Below, piece after piece: positions 10,611 to 20,862 of a stretch of DNA of 64,000 nt. Below the pieces are notes generated by a model that saw nothing but the letters and a program-made list of their open reading frames with translations, did not search any database and was not told the origin of the DNA. How positions within the stretch are numbered: position 1 is the first letter of the stretch; every line of letters starts with the position of its first letter. A program made the translations under genes and the position numbers. The DNA is taken from the IMG/VR virus record IMGVR_UViG_3300036715_001290, positions 64,001 to 128,000 of that record, one strand, 5' to 3'. The stretch is from a virus.

Positions 10611-11654
10611 ATGAACGAAAACATGAAAAAAATGCTCGAGTTAGTTGAAAAAGAGCATATTGAAAGATTAAGCTATAATCAAAATAGTAAAATATTAATT
10701 TTAGACGGATTAAACAACTATATTAGAAATTGGGTTACTTCGGTTGAAATGAATGCTGATGGAAAACATGTTGGTGGAATAACAGGATTTCTTAAATCAT
10801 TAGGTTTAGCCATTAGAATGTTAGAACCTACCCGTGTTATTATTATATTTGATGGTAATGGTGGTTCAAAAAGAAGAAGAAAAATATATCCAGAGTATAA
10901 GGCAACACGTGGGCATGGTGTTAAATTAAATAGAAAATATAATTGGTCATCTGATTCTGAAGAAGATGAACAAAAGATAGCACAATTAAAAAGATTAGTT
11001 GCATATCTAAAATTGTTACCAATCACTATTATGATATATGATAATATTGAAGCCGATGATGCAATCGGTGAAGTTGTAAAATTATGTGAAGATAAAAGTA
11101 AAATTTATATAATGTCAACTGATAAAGATTTTTATCAATTAATAACCGATAATGTTAACATATGGCATCCTATACATAAAAAGATGTTAGATAAAAAATG
11201 GATAATGGAAAAATATGGTGTAGATACGAAAAATGTATTAATACAAAAAGCACTTATTGGTGATACTGGAGATAATATCCCAGGCATAGATGGGTTTGGT
11301 ATTAAAACAATAAATAAACATTTTCCAATATTAGCTGAAGATAGAAAAATATCAATAGAAGAATTTAAAGAATATGTTAAAGAATTAAGTAATACAAAAA
11401 AACCACCAAAGGTTATATTAACACTATTAGAACAATGGGATAAGTTCTTATTAAATATTAGACTTATGACATTATCTGAAGCTAACGTCTCATATGGAAC
11501 AAAAGTATCAATTGAGGAGACTCTAAATACTAAGACAAAACGTTGTAGTGAATCAAAGCTTAATGATCTTTTTTTACTTGACAAGATAAATTCAATGAAT
11601 GGATATGATTATTTCAAAAATAATTTTGTATTTATAAATACATTTTGTAATTAA
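10611..11654 (+). CDS. 5'-3' exonuclease / RNase H (FEN-type)
   Basis: ILDGLN, IFDG, YKATR, EADD, STDKDF, GDTGDNIPGIDGFG; ATG 10611 preferred to track start. Confidence 0.9.
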   Translation: MNENMKKMLELVEKEHIERLSYNQNSKILILDGLNNYIRNWVTSVEMNADGKHVGGITGFLKSLGLAIRMLEPTRVIIIFDGNGGSKRRRKIYPEYKATRGHGVKLNRKYNWSSDSEEDEQKIAQLKRLVAYLKLLPITIMIYDNIEADDAIGEVVKLCEDKSKIYIMSTDKDFYQLITDNVNIWHPIHKKMLDKKWIMEKYGVDTKNVLIQKALIGDTGDNIPGIDGFGIKTINKHFPILAEDRKISIEEFKEYVKELSNTKKPPKVILTLLEQWDKFLLNIRLMTLSEANVSYGTKVSIEETLNTKTKRCSESKLNDLFLLDKINSMNGYDYFKNNFVFINTFCN

Positions 11655-11668
11655 GGTTCAAAAGGGTT

Positions 11669-13036
11669 ATGCAAGAAAATTTACAGTCATACGGAACTAG
11701 GTTCCAACAAAAAGTTATATATTTACTATTACATGATATAAAATTCATAACATCAATTTATGATTCATTATCAGAAGTATACTTCGAACTTGATACTCAT
11801 ATATTTTTAGTAAAAAAGATAATAGAATATTATGCTAAATATCATGATGTTCCTACACTCGATTTCTTTAAAGTTGAGTTTCAAGAATTAAATGTCAATT
11901 ATCAAAAAGAATTAGTTGATGAAATAAAAGAAATCTTTGCATTATCAGATAGCAAAGATTTTGAATATATTGATGCATCATTCGTTAAATTTTGTAAACA
12001 ACAAGCATTTAAGAATGCTTTATTAAAATCTATAGATCATGTTGAATCTGGTGATTTTTCTAATATTTTAGAAATAATTCGTAAAGCAAATAATGTTGGT
12101 GAAAATCGTGATATTGGTTTAAGCCTATTTGAAACTGATGTTAACATGGTACAAAATACTTTAGTACGACAAACAACAGGAACACCTTGGGATATTATCA
12201 ATAATATAACAAATGGTGGAATTGGTACTAAAGAATTATGGATTGTTGTAGCACCCGCAGGTGCAGGAAAAAGTTGGTTATTATGTTCATTAGGTACTGC
12301 ATTATTAAAAGCAGGTAAAAATGTATTACATTATACATTAGAACTTGAAGAAGGTTCAGTACTTCAAAGATATTATACACAATTAACTGATATTACAAGT
12401 GCAGATTTACAATTTAATATTGATAAAATTAAAGCACATATTGACCATATGAAAGATTCAGGTCATGGTAATTTATTAGTAAAAGAATATCCACCAAATA
12501 CAGTTACTATTGAAACATTAAATGCACATATTGAAAAGGTTACATCAAATCTATTTGTACCAGATGCAATCATAGTTGATTATGGTGATCTTTTAAGACC
12601 TTCACATAAATATACTGATAGACGTTTTGAATTATCAGGTATATTTACCGATCTTAGAGCATTATCATTTACAAAGAAAATTCCTGTTATAACTGCATCA
12701 CAAACAAACCGCTCTGGTTATTCAAGTGATATTGTTGGTGGTGACCAGATATCCGAAGATTTTGGTAAGGTTATGATTGGTGATTTTGTATTTTCAATGG
12801 CAAGAAAAATTGAAGATAAAATAAATAACACCGCTCGTATACATATTGTTAAAAATAGATTTGGTCCTGATGGTTTTGTATATCCTGCAAAATTTGACCC
12901 ATCTATCGGTGAGTTAAAAATATTTGATGCCGCATCTCCAGCAGGTCAAGTACTTAATAAGAGTATGTCATCAGAATCAAATGATAAGCTTACTAAAAAA
13001 ATATTAAAAGATACATATTTCAAAGGTAATAAATAG
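11669..13036 (+). CDS. Replicative DnaB-family helicase (gp41-like)
   Basis: APAGAGKS, YTLEL, IVDYGD, TASQTNR, KNRFG. Confidence 0.92.
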   Translation: MQENLQSYGTRFQQKVIYLLLHDIKFITSIYDSLSEVYFELDTHIFLVKKIIEYYAKYHDVPTLDFFKVEFQELNVNYQKELVDEIKEIFALSDSKDFEYIDASFVKFCKQQAFKNALLKSIDHVESGDFSNILEIIRKANNVGENRDIGLSLFETDVNMVQNTLVRQTTGTPWDIINNITNGGIGTKELWIVVAPAGAGKSWLLCSLGTALLKAGKNVLHYTLELEEGSVLQRYYTQLTDITSADLQFNIDKIKAHIDHMKDSGHGNLLVKEYPPNTVTIETLNAHIEKVTSNLFVPDAIIVDYGDLLRPSHKYTDRRFELSGIFTDLRALSFTKKIPVITASQTNRSGYSSDIVGGDQISEDFGKVMIGDFVFSMARKIEDKINNTARIHIVKNRFGPDGFVYPAKFDPSIGELKIFDAASPAGQVLNKSMSSESNDKLTKKILKDTYFKGNK

Positions 13037-13038
13037 TT

Positions 13039-13803
13039 ATGAAAAAGAAAAGGATAGTTTTTTGGAGCGGTGGATTGGATTCAACATATCTAATTCAAAA
13101 ATCTTTAGAAGAAGGATATCTTGTAACCGCATGTTATATTAATATTGAAAATAATACTAATAAAGTTGTACGAGAAAAAGAAGCAATTGAAAGATTATTA
13201 CCTCATTTTAATAAAAGTAAAAACTTTAATTATATTAATGAATTATTAAATGTTAATGTACATCCACAAGGTATAGTTTCATTTTATCAATTTCCAATAT
13301 TTATGCTAGGCATGATGTATTGTATGAATGAATATGATGAAATAGCATTGGCATATGTAATGAATGATGATTTTGTTTCATATCAAAATGAGGCAATAAA
13401 ATTGTTTAATGCTGCTAGGTTATTTTCAATAAGTGATCATAAATGTAAATTAGTATTTCCATTAATTAAAAAACATAAATTCAATATAATAGAATCATTA
13501 GATAATGATTTAATAAATTTAGTTACATTTTGTGAAAGTCAATATGCTAAGGATTTTTGTGGTACATGTACACCATGTAAAAAAATGAAAAGTGTTGATG
13601 AAAGATTATATAATACTTTACATGAAAAATATCATGATAACTTAGTTGTTAAAAATTTTACTGATAATGGTCATGGTGATGGTACTGAATGGGTTAATGA
13701 ACCAACGGAATCTGATGTTGAATTACTTAAAACTGTAATACATAAGAAAAATCACAGAAAAATCAAATCAAATAAAATGCCAACATCAAGTAAAAAAAGA
13801 TAG
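13039..13803 (+). CDS. QueC-like PP-loop ATPase
   Basis: WSGGLDST PP-loop; C-terminal C...CGTCTPC zinc site. Confidence 0.7.
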   Translation: MKKKRIVFWSGGLDSTYLIQKSLEEGYLVTACYINIENNTNKVVREKEAIERLLPHFNKSKNFNYINELLNVNVHPQGIVSFYQFPIFMLGMMYCMNEYDEIALAYVMNDDFVSYQNEAIKLFNAARLFSISDHKCKLVFPLIKKHKFNIIESLDNDLINLVTFCESQYAKDFCGTCTPCKKMKSVDERLYNTLHEKYHDNLVVKNFTDNGHGDGTEWVNEPTESDVELLKTVIHKKNHRKIKSNKMPTSSKKR

Positions 13804-13876
13804 CGATAATGACAATGAATTACTTACAACATATTAACTGTTTATATTTATATTTTTTACATTATAAGGAAATTAT

Positions 13877-16000
13877 ATGACAGTTCAACCTATTGACTAT
13901 TTACAGGAAATTTCAAATTTTATATTTACGAGTAAATATGCTCGTTATGTTGATGAAAAAAAACAAAGAGAAACTTGGGAACAAGCAATAGATCGTAGCA
14001 TGAATATGCATCTAAAAAAATATTCATTTCTACCAAAGGAAGATTTGGATGAAATAGTATGGGCATTTTTACAAATGAAAATGTATAAAGTATGTTCATC
14101 TATGAGATCATTACAATTTGGTGGTGCTGCAATTGAAGCACATAATGCTAGAATATATAATTGTGCAGTACGCCATATAGATTCATTAAGATCATTTTCA
14201 GAAGTATTTTATTTATTACTTTGTGGTTGTGGTGTTGGTTTAGGTTTATCTGATTTATTTCTAAAGAGGTTACCTAATCTTGCAGGATCTGAAGATAAGA
14301 CAGGAACGGTATCGGTATATACTATTGATGATAGTATTGAAGGATGGGCAAATTCTGTTGAAGCATTATTAATGAGTTACTTTAAAAATACACCATTCAC
14401 TGGTAAAAAAATAGTTTTCGATTATTCAAAAATTCGTAAAAAAGGTGCAAAGTTAAAAACTGGTGGTGGTAAAGCACCTGGGTATGCAGGTCTTAAGAAA
14501 GCACATATTAAAATTAAAAAGATTTTAGATTTTATTATTGAAGAACAAGGTCAATATAGAATTAATAGTGTTAACTGTTATGATATATTAATGCATTGTG
14601 CAGATGCTGTTTTAAGTGGTGGTATTCGTAGAGCTGCAACATCAGTTATGTTTGCATTTGATGATTCAGGAATGATGAATGCAAAAATAAATGTTAAGGT
14701 ACATAAATATGGTTTATTTGAATTAGATACTAAGACAGGTAAATATGAAGGAAATGTTCATGTTAAAGATGAAACATATTTCAAATCACAAAGATATGAA
14801 GTACATTTAACCGAATGGGAATTGGGTAATCTTAAGGAAAATAATGAAGTAGGTTGGCATCATATTTATCCACAACGTGCACGTAGTAATAACAGTGTAT
14901 TATTTTTACGAGATAAAGTAACAAAGGAACAATTTACAGCAGCGGTACTTAATACAAAACAATGGGGTGAACCTGGGTTTGTGTTTGGTGATTTCTTAGA
15001 TATACTTTATAATCCTTGTTATGAAGTTGGTTTTAGACCTGTATTATCAAGTGGTGTCTGCGGTGTACAGTTTTGCAATTTAACTACTAAAAATGGTGCA
15101 TTAATTAAAACAGTTGAAGATTATTACACTGCATCAAAAGCAAGTGCTATCATTGGTACATTACAAGCAGGATATACTAATTTTCCATTTTTAGGACCTG
15201 CATCAAAAGAATTAACTGAAGATGAAGCATTATTAGGTTGTTCAATGACAGGTGTTATGGATAATCCTGATATTTTACTTAATCCTGAATATCAAAGAAA
15301 TGCCGCAAAAATAATAAAAGATACTAATAAATTATGGGCTAAGAAAATTGGTATTAATCAAGCTGCACGTGTTACTGTTGAAAAACCTGAAGGTACTTCA
15401 TCAATAGTTGTTAAATCAGCTAGTGGTATGGGTCCACATGAATCTCATAAATATATTCGTAGAGTTCAAATGAATAAAATGGATAATGTTTATAATCATT
15501 TCAAAAAATCAAACCCACATATGACAGAAGAATCCGTTTGGTCGGCTAATAAAACTGATGATGTTATATCGTTTCCTATTGTAGTACCTAAAACATCAAT
15601 GGTTAAAGCCGATTTAACAGCATTAAAACATTTAGAATATATTAAATCAACACAAATAAATTACATACTTGAAGGTGCAACAAAAAGAAATGTTAAAAAA
15701 ATATCAAATAATGTTAGTTGTACTGTAATTGTCGCTGATGATGAATGGAATGATGTTATTGATTATTTATATGATAACCGTAAGTATTTTTCAGCAGTAT
15801 CATTATTACCTAAAATGGGAAGTAAAATGTATCGTCAAGCACCTATGGAATCAATTGAAACATTAGAAGATGAAAAGATGTGGGATAAAATAGTTAAAAA
15901 TTATAAACATGTTGATTATTCAACAATGATTGAAAATTCAGATGAAACCAATATGATGGCTGAGGCAAGTTGTTATGGTGGTGCATGTAATATTGTTTAA
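13877..16000 (+). CDS. nrdJ: Class II (adenosylcobalamin) ribonucleotide reductase
   Basis: GGIRRAA, RSNNS, GEPG, NPCYE, FCNL, KPEGT, C-terminal CYGGAC. Confidence 0.88.
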   Translation: MTVQPIDYLQEISNFIFTSKYARYVDEKKQRETWEQAIDRSMNMHLKKYSFLPKEDLDEIVWAFLQMKMYKVCSSMRSLQFGGAAIEAHNARIYNCAVRHIDSLRSFSEVFYLLLCGCGVGLGLSDLFLKRLPNLAGSEDKTGTVSVYTIDDSIEGWANSVEALLMSYFKNTPFTGKKIVFDYSKIRKKGAKLKTGGGKAPGYAGLKKAHIKIKKILDFIIEEQGQYRINSVNCYDILMHCADAVLSGGIRRAATSVMFAFDDSGMMNAKINVKVHKYGLFELDTKTGKYEGNVHVKDETYFKSQRYEVHLTEWELGNLKENNEVGWHHIYPQRARSNNSVLFLRDKVTKEQFTAAVLNTKQWGEPGFVFGDFLDILYNPCYEVGFRPVLSSGVCGVQFCNLTTKNGALIKTVEDYYTASKASAIIGTLQAGYTNFPFLGPASKELTEDEALLGCSMTGVMDNPDILLNPEYQRNAAKIIKDTNKLWAKKIGINQAARVTVEKPEGTSSIVVKSASGMGPHESHKYIRRVQMNKMDNVYNHFKKSNPHMTEESVWSANKTDDVISFPIVVPKTSMVKADLTALKHLEYIKSTQINYILEGATKRNVKKISNNVSCTVIVADDEWNDVIDYLYDNRKYFSAVSLLPKMGSKMYRQAPMESIETLEDEKMWDKIVKNYKHVDYSTMIENSDETNMMAEASCYGGACNIV

Positions 16001-16019
16001 TTTTAGGAAAAACTAATAT

Positions 16020-16541
16020 ATGAAATTAATATGTTTATTAAATGAAAAAGAATCATATTGGTATTTAGGTTCAAATCCAACAGCCGATGCGGCCGTATTT
16101 AAGAAAGTTAATAATAATATATTATTATTATTGATTAAACGTAAAGGTGAAATTGAACATGGAAAGTGGGCACTCCCAGGTGGTTTTGTAGATACGCTTT
16201 CTAAAAAAGGTGAACCGTGGAAACAAGACAAAGAAACACCAAAACAAGCAATTATACGAGAATTAATAGAAGAAACAGGATTAAATATCTCAAATATTGC
16301 CAACATGTTGAAAAAAATAGGTACATATAAAGGACATAAAAGAGATCCAAGGGATAATGATAAAGGTTGGTCATTATCTAATGCATATGCAATATTATTA
16401 CCTAATGATTTTAATACATCAAATATAAATGCAAAAGATGATGCTAGTGAATTAAAGTGGTTTGATATTAAAAGTTTACCAAATTTGGCATTTGATCATA
16501 GTATTATTATAAAACATGCAATATCAAGAATATTTAGATGA
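16020..16541 (+). CDS. NUDIX hydrolase
   Basis: WALPGGFV...RELIEETG, RDPR, LAFDH. Confidence 0.88.
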   Translation: MKLICLLNEKESYWYLGSNPTADAAVFKKVNNNILLLLIKRKGEIEHGKWALPGGFVDTLSKKGEPWKQDKETPKQAIIRELIEETGLNISNIANMLKKIGTYKGHKRDPRDNDKGWSLSNAYAILLPNDFNTSNINAKDDASELKWFDIKSLPNLAFDHSIIIKHAISRIFR

Positions 16542-16600
16542 AAATTATAATTACTTATATTTATTATTAAACACATTATTTCCCAAAAGAGGATATTATT

Positions 16601-17125
16601 ATGAAATTAAGTTCAGTTATAGCGGCTCCAGCCGTAATTCAAGAAGTCGCTAATGATTTTAAGAACATACCATTAAAAGGTAAAAAAACAAAAGTAGAAA
16701 TGTTTTGGGAATATAAATTATTACCTGCTACATTTGATATTGATTTTGGTTATAAAATTAATTTTGATAAAAAACAAGTAGATTATCATTTTGCATCAGC
16801 CGATGGTAAAATGGATACTGGTGGTATCTATTATGAAGTTGTTAAACCATATTTCTCAGAAAGAACCATTTTAACAAAAGCTAAAAATATTGGTATACCT
16901 GAATTTGTAGTTAAATATTGTAACTATGGTGGTGATAGTGATTTACATTCTATTAACATTAAACGTACATACGTATTTAACTTTTCACATACAATAACTT
17001 TTGAAGCAAAGGATTATAAAAAGACTTTTACAAAGGACCAAATAATGAAATTGGCTCAAGATTGGGTTAATAAAGCAGAGAATGTTTTATTTCCAGATAC
17101 CGATTTCTATAAAATAACAAAATAA
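16601..17125 (+). CDS. Hypothetical protein with MKL N-terminal motif
   Basis: GAGGA RBS, 174 aa. Confidence 0.6.
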   Translation: MKLSSVIAAPAVIQEVANDFKNIPLKGKKTKVEMFWEYKLLPATFDIDFGYKINFDKKQVDYHFASADGKMDTGGIYYEVVKPYFSERTILTKAKNIGIPEFVVKYCNYGGDSDLHSINIKRTYVFNFSHTITFEAKDYKKTFTKDQIMKLAQDWVNKAENVLFPDTDFYKITK

Positions 17126-17134
17126 GGAATCAAT

Positions 17135-17539
17135 ATGAAACTAAATAGCGTAATAAAAGAATATGGTATGAACAAAGATGTTCTTAAACCTGGGAAATCT
17201 TATAAAATAAAAACCGTAAAAAATGATTATGATTTATTTGTATTAGATGTAACGGTTGCTGGTCCTTGTTTGTACAAAGCAAATGAAGTTGCAGTTGTTG
17301 CTGATTTTTATGAAGTAACCGTAAGTGTATTTGATAAAGGTGGTCAAGAACAATTTTCACAAGAGACTGAGTTTGTAACACGAACAAAGTTAAAAGAAAC
17401 AAATGCAGGTGAAGTTGCAAAATTAATTGCAAATATAGCAGGTAATACTTTAAGTAAATTGGAAATGAATATTTCACGTACAGTTGATAATTTATTAACT
17501 ACAGATTTACCTAATAAAGCAAAGGCCGTTAAATTATGA
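17135..17539 (+). CDS. Hypothetical protein with MKLxxxxKE N-terminal motif
   Basis: AAGGA RBS, 134 aa. Confidence 0.6.
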   Translation: MKLNSVIKEYGMNKDVLKPGKSYKIKTVKNDYDLFVLDVTVAGPCLYKANEVAVVADFYEVTVSVFDKGGQEQFSQETEFVTRTKLKETNAGEVAKLIANIAGNTLSKLEMNISRTVDNLLTTDLPNKAKAVKL

Positions 17540-17937
17540 AGTTAAATACACTCTTAAAAGAAGCACCTGTTGGTAAATTAACACCTTATAAAGGTAGTCA
17601 AATAACTGGTAATGATACATCTATAATGAAAGTTAAATCAGAATTGTTTTACGTTGGTGTTAAATTAAGTGTACCTTATACTGATGAAGCCGGTGATATA
17701 TATTATATATACTATGTTGAAATTCAAGATAAAGCTAAAAGTAAAACTGGTTGGTATATGCAAGAACGTTTGGTTGTAAAAATAACAAAAAAATATAAAG
17801 ACCAAAATGCATTAACTAAAAGAATAATAGAAATTGTATATGCTGAAATTAGAAAGCTTGAAAAATCTATTATTCCATTAGGTACACAATGTACAGAAAC
17901 TATAAAAGAACGTGTTAGTTTAATTAGTAATTCATAA
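17536..17937 (+). CDS. Hypothetical protein with MKLxxLLKE N-terminal motif
   Basis: ATGA overlap, 133 aa. Confidence 0.6.
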   Translation: MKLNTLLKEAPVGKLTPYKGSQITGNDTSIMKVKSELFYVGVKLSVPYTDEAGDIYYIYYVEIQDKAKSKTGWYMQERLVVKITKKYKDQNALTKRIIEIVYAEIRKLEKSIIPLGTQCTETIKERVSLISNS

Positions 17938-17951
17938 TAACATTATTTTAT

Positions 17952-17995
17952 AAATCGCCTATAATAAAGACATTTGAAAGTATTATAGGCGATTT
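17952..17995. terminator. Long inverted repeat / terminator-like hairpin
   Basis: AAATCGCCTATAATA...TATTATAGGCGATTT 15-bp perfect stem. Confidence 0.6.
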
Positions 17996-18037
17996 GTAGT
18001 GTATATTTATAAACATATGATATAATAAAGGTTACAA

Positions 18038-19636
18038 ATGATTGACTGGAGACCATATTTTCCTTACGAATCTCCTCGTGAACAACAAATACAAGCATTA
18101 GATTTTATATTCAAATCATGGTTTGAAGATAAAAAGAAATTTGCTATACTTGATGCACCTACAGGTGTAGGTAAGTCGGCAATTGCAATGACTGTTGCTA
18201 ATTTTTTTAAAGATGATAGAAATAAAATTAATTCATCATTACGTGGTAGTTATGTAGTTACTACGGAAACAATTCTACAATCACAATATACAAATGAGTA
18301 CTCAGATAAACTTGCTAGCATTTGGTCTAAGAAAAGATATAAATGTGAAGGTAGAGGTGGTGTGACTTGTGATGTTGGTACTATTGTTAATAAGATGACA
18401 GGTGGTATATTTTGTAAATGTCAATATCTAAAAGATAAAGAAAGTTTTATTAAAAGTGATATATCACTAACCAATATGACATTTTTATTAAATCAATTTG
18501 AACATGGTAAAGCAAAGTTTGATACTATTAATCGTAATTGTATGATTATAGATGAAGCTCATAATGCAGAACGTATTATGACTGATTTTGCTACAATAGA
18601 ATTAAGTAAATATTATTTAGAATCTCATAATATAGCTTGGATAGTAAATAATAAACTTGATTATGATAAATTGATTGAATGGGCTCGTGATGTTGTATTT
18701 AAGAAATTAGCAATTAAAAAAGTTGCTATGAATGAACGTCTTGAGAGTTATGCAAAATTAAAAACAAATGTTGAAAATAATGCATCATATAAAAAACTTA
18801 TGGATGATTATATTAATATTGATAAGTTTGTATGTCATTTAGGAATGTTTTTCAAATTGTATGAAAAAAACAAATGGGTATTTTATACAAATGAAGACCA
18901 AACAAGTATATTCTTTAAACCATTATTTTCAAATGAGTTCATGAATATGCTTTATGATAAAGGTGAAAAAATATTATTAATGTCGGCAACTATTTTAGAT
19001 GATAAAATATTTACAAAAGCAAATGGTATTACTAATTATACATATATGACATTAACTTCACCATTTCCTAAAGAAAATAGACCTATACATCATTTAGATT
19101 GTGGTCAATTAAATATGAAGTCAATTTCTAAAACAATGCCTACAATAATTAGTACTATTGAATCATTATTAAGTTTACCTGAACATGCAAATCAAAAAGG
19201 TATTATTCATTGTAATTCATATTTAATATCAAAAGCAATTCAAGCAGGTGTTAAAAATAGACGTTTAATATTTCATAAAACTAGTGATAGAGCAGAAGCA
19301 TTAAAGAAACATCTATTAAGTGATGGTCCTACCGTTTTGGTATCACCATCATTAACCGAAGGTTTGGATTTGATTGATGATTTATCAAGATTTCAGATTA
19401 TAGTAAAAGTACCATTTCCATACTTAGGAGATCATTATATAAAAGCAAAAATGAATCTTATTGATGATTGGTACCAATGGCAAACTGTTAAATGTATAGT
19501 TCAATCTTCAGGACGTAGTGTAAGATCTGAAACTGATTATGCAACTACATATATTTTAGATGGTGATTTTAAGTGGTTTTATAAAAAAAATATTAGTATG
19601 TTCCCACTTTGGTGGAGAGAGGCATTAACAATTTAA
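18038..19636 (+). CDS. DinG/Rad3-family SF2 helicase
   Basis: APTGVGKS, DEAH, MSAT, EGLD, QSSGRSVR, Cys cluster. Confidence 0.88.
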   Translation: MIDWRPYFPYESPREQQIQALDFIFKSWFEDKKKFAILDAPTGVGKSAIAMTVANFFKDDRNKINSSLRGSYVVTTETILQSQYTNEYSDKLASIWSKKRYKCEGRGGVTCDVGTIVNKMTGGIFCKCQYLKDKESFIKSDISLTNMTFLLNQFEHGKAKFDTINRNCMIIDEAHNAERIMTDFATIELSKYYLESHNIAWIVNNKLDYDKLIEWARDVVFKKLAIKKVAMNERLESYAKLKTNVENNASYKKLMDDYINIDKFVCHLGMFFKLYEKNKWVFYTNEDQTSIFFKPLFSNEFMNMLYDKGEKILLMSATILDDKIFTKANGITNYTYMTLTSPFPKENRPIHHLDCGQLNMKSISKTMPTIISTIESLLSLPEHANQKGIIHCNSYLISKAIQAGVKNRRLIFHKTSDRAEALKKHLLSDGPTVLVSPSLTEGLDLIDDLSRFQIIVKVPFPYLGDHYIKAKMNLIDDWYQWQTVKCIVQSSGRSVRSETDYATTYILDGDFKWFYKKNISMFPLWWREALTI

Positions 19637-20814
19637 TGGAAAAAATATCATTCATTATAAGTAATTATAATACTGTTAATTATACTGCATTTTGTTATAA
19701 TAGCATTAGAGAAAATTTAGGATATGAACATGAAGTTGTATTAATTTCTGATGGTTCAACAGATGCTACTGAATTATATTTACAACAAATAAAAGAAGTA
19801 GACCCAAATGTTATAATTCATATAAATCAAAAAGAATCAATAGGTATAGCTCATTCATATAATATGGGTGTAAAATTAGCAACAAATGAAATTGTTTGTA
19901 TATTACATTCTGATATGTATGTTCCTAAAGGATTTGATGAAACTGTATTAAAATATTTAGGAACAAAATATGATTTCATTACTACGTATAGATGCGAACC
20001 ACCACTTTATGGTGAATCTATGGATAAGCATTTAGCATATTATGGTAATGATATTGAATCATTTATGAAAAATGATTATGATAAATGGAATGCAGATTTA
20101 TCAAAACGTGAAGGACAAACTCAAGCAAGAATGTGTTTTCCATTTATAACAACAAAAACTACATATTGGTCAGTTGGTGGTAATGATACATTATTTCTAA
20201 AATATATGGTTGATGATGATGATTTCTATTTAAGATTGGTTATGAATGAAGTAAGATATGCCCAAATAATGGATACTTCAGTTTATCATTTTTGTAGTAG
20301 GTCAACTAAATTCAAAGATGGTGTAAGTAATGAAGGTAGTTTAGAATGGAATACACAATATCAAAAATCAACACGTAATTTTATTAGAAAGTGGGGATAT
20401 TCCCAAGGATCCATTTATAATAATAAAATGGATATAGTTCCAATACCTACATATAATACTCATTTAATTTGTATGTCATTAACTTTAGAACAACTTGGTG
20501 CCGTTGAACCGTGGTTTAGATTTATTACATGTAATAAAGATATATATGATGAATATGTTAAATTGGAACAAAATAATACATTAATTAATTTAGATTCTAA
20601 ATTTACAACAGATGTATCAAATTCCGATGTATTAGTTGAGATTGAAAATCTAAATCCAGAAATGTTTAAGGTTTTTAATGTATTACAAAAAGTTATTTTC
20701 AATACCAAAATAGGTAAGCATAATATTAATGAGTTTGGTATTTTATTAACTATAAAAAATAAGATAGATCTTTCTGAGTCATTAATAGTCAATGATAGAT
20801 TATATCATTGTTGA
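19636..20814 (+). CDS. GT2-family glycosyltransferase
   Basis: ISFIISNYN, SDGSTD, ILHSD, DDDF; ATG overlaps upstream TAA. Confidence 0.8.
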   Translation: MEKISFIISNYNTVNYTAFCYNSIRENLGYEHEVVLISDGSTDATELYLQQIKEVDPNVIIHINQKESIGIAHSYNMGVKLATNEIVCILHSDMYVPKGFDETVLKYLGTKYDFITTYRCEPPLYGESMDKHLAYYGNDIESFMKNDYDKWNADLSKREGQTQARMCFPFITTKTTYWSVGGNDTLFLKYMVDDDDFYLRLVMNEVRYAQIMDTSVYHFCSRSTKFKDGVSNEGSLEWNTQYQKSTRNFIRKWGYSQGSIYNNKMDIVPIPTYNTHLICMSLTLEQLGAVEPWFRFITCNKDIYDEYVKLEQNNTLINLDSKFTTDVSNSDVLVEIENLNPEMFKVFNVLQKVIFNTKIGKHNINEFGILLTIKNKIDLSESLIVNDRLYHC

Positions 20815-20839
20815 CATTTCAAAAATAAATAGTTATATT
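20811..20839 (+). promoter_or_regulatory. Sigma70-type promoter upstream of DNA polymerase
   Basis: TTGACA-N17-TATATT. Confidence 0.65.
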
Positions 20840-20862
20840 ACTATATAAATTAAAGGTTATTC

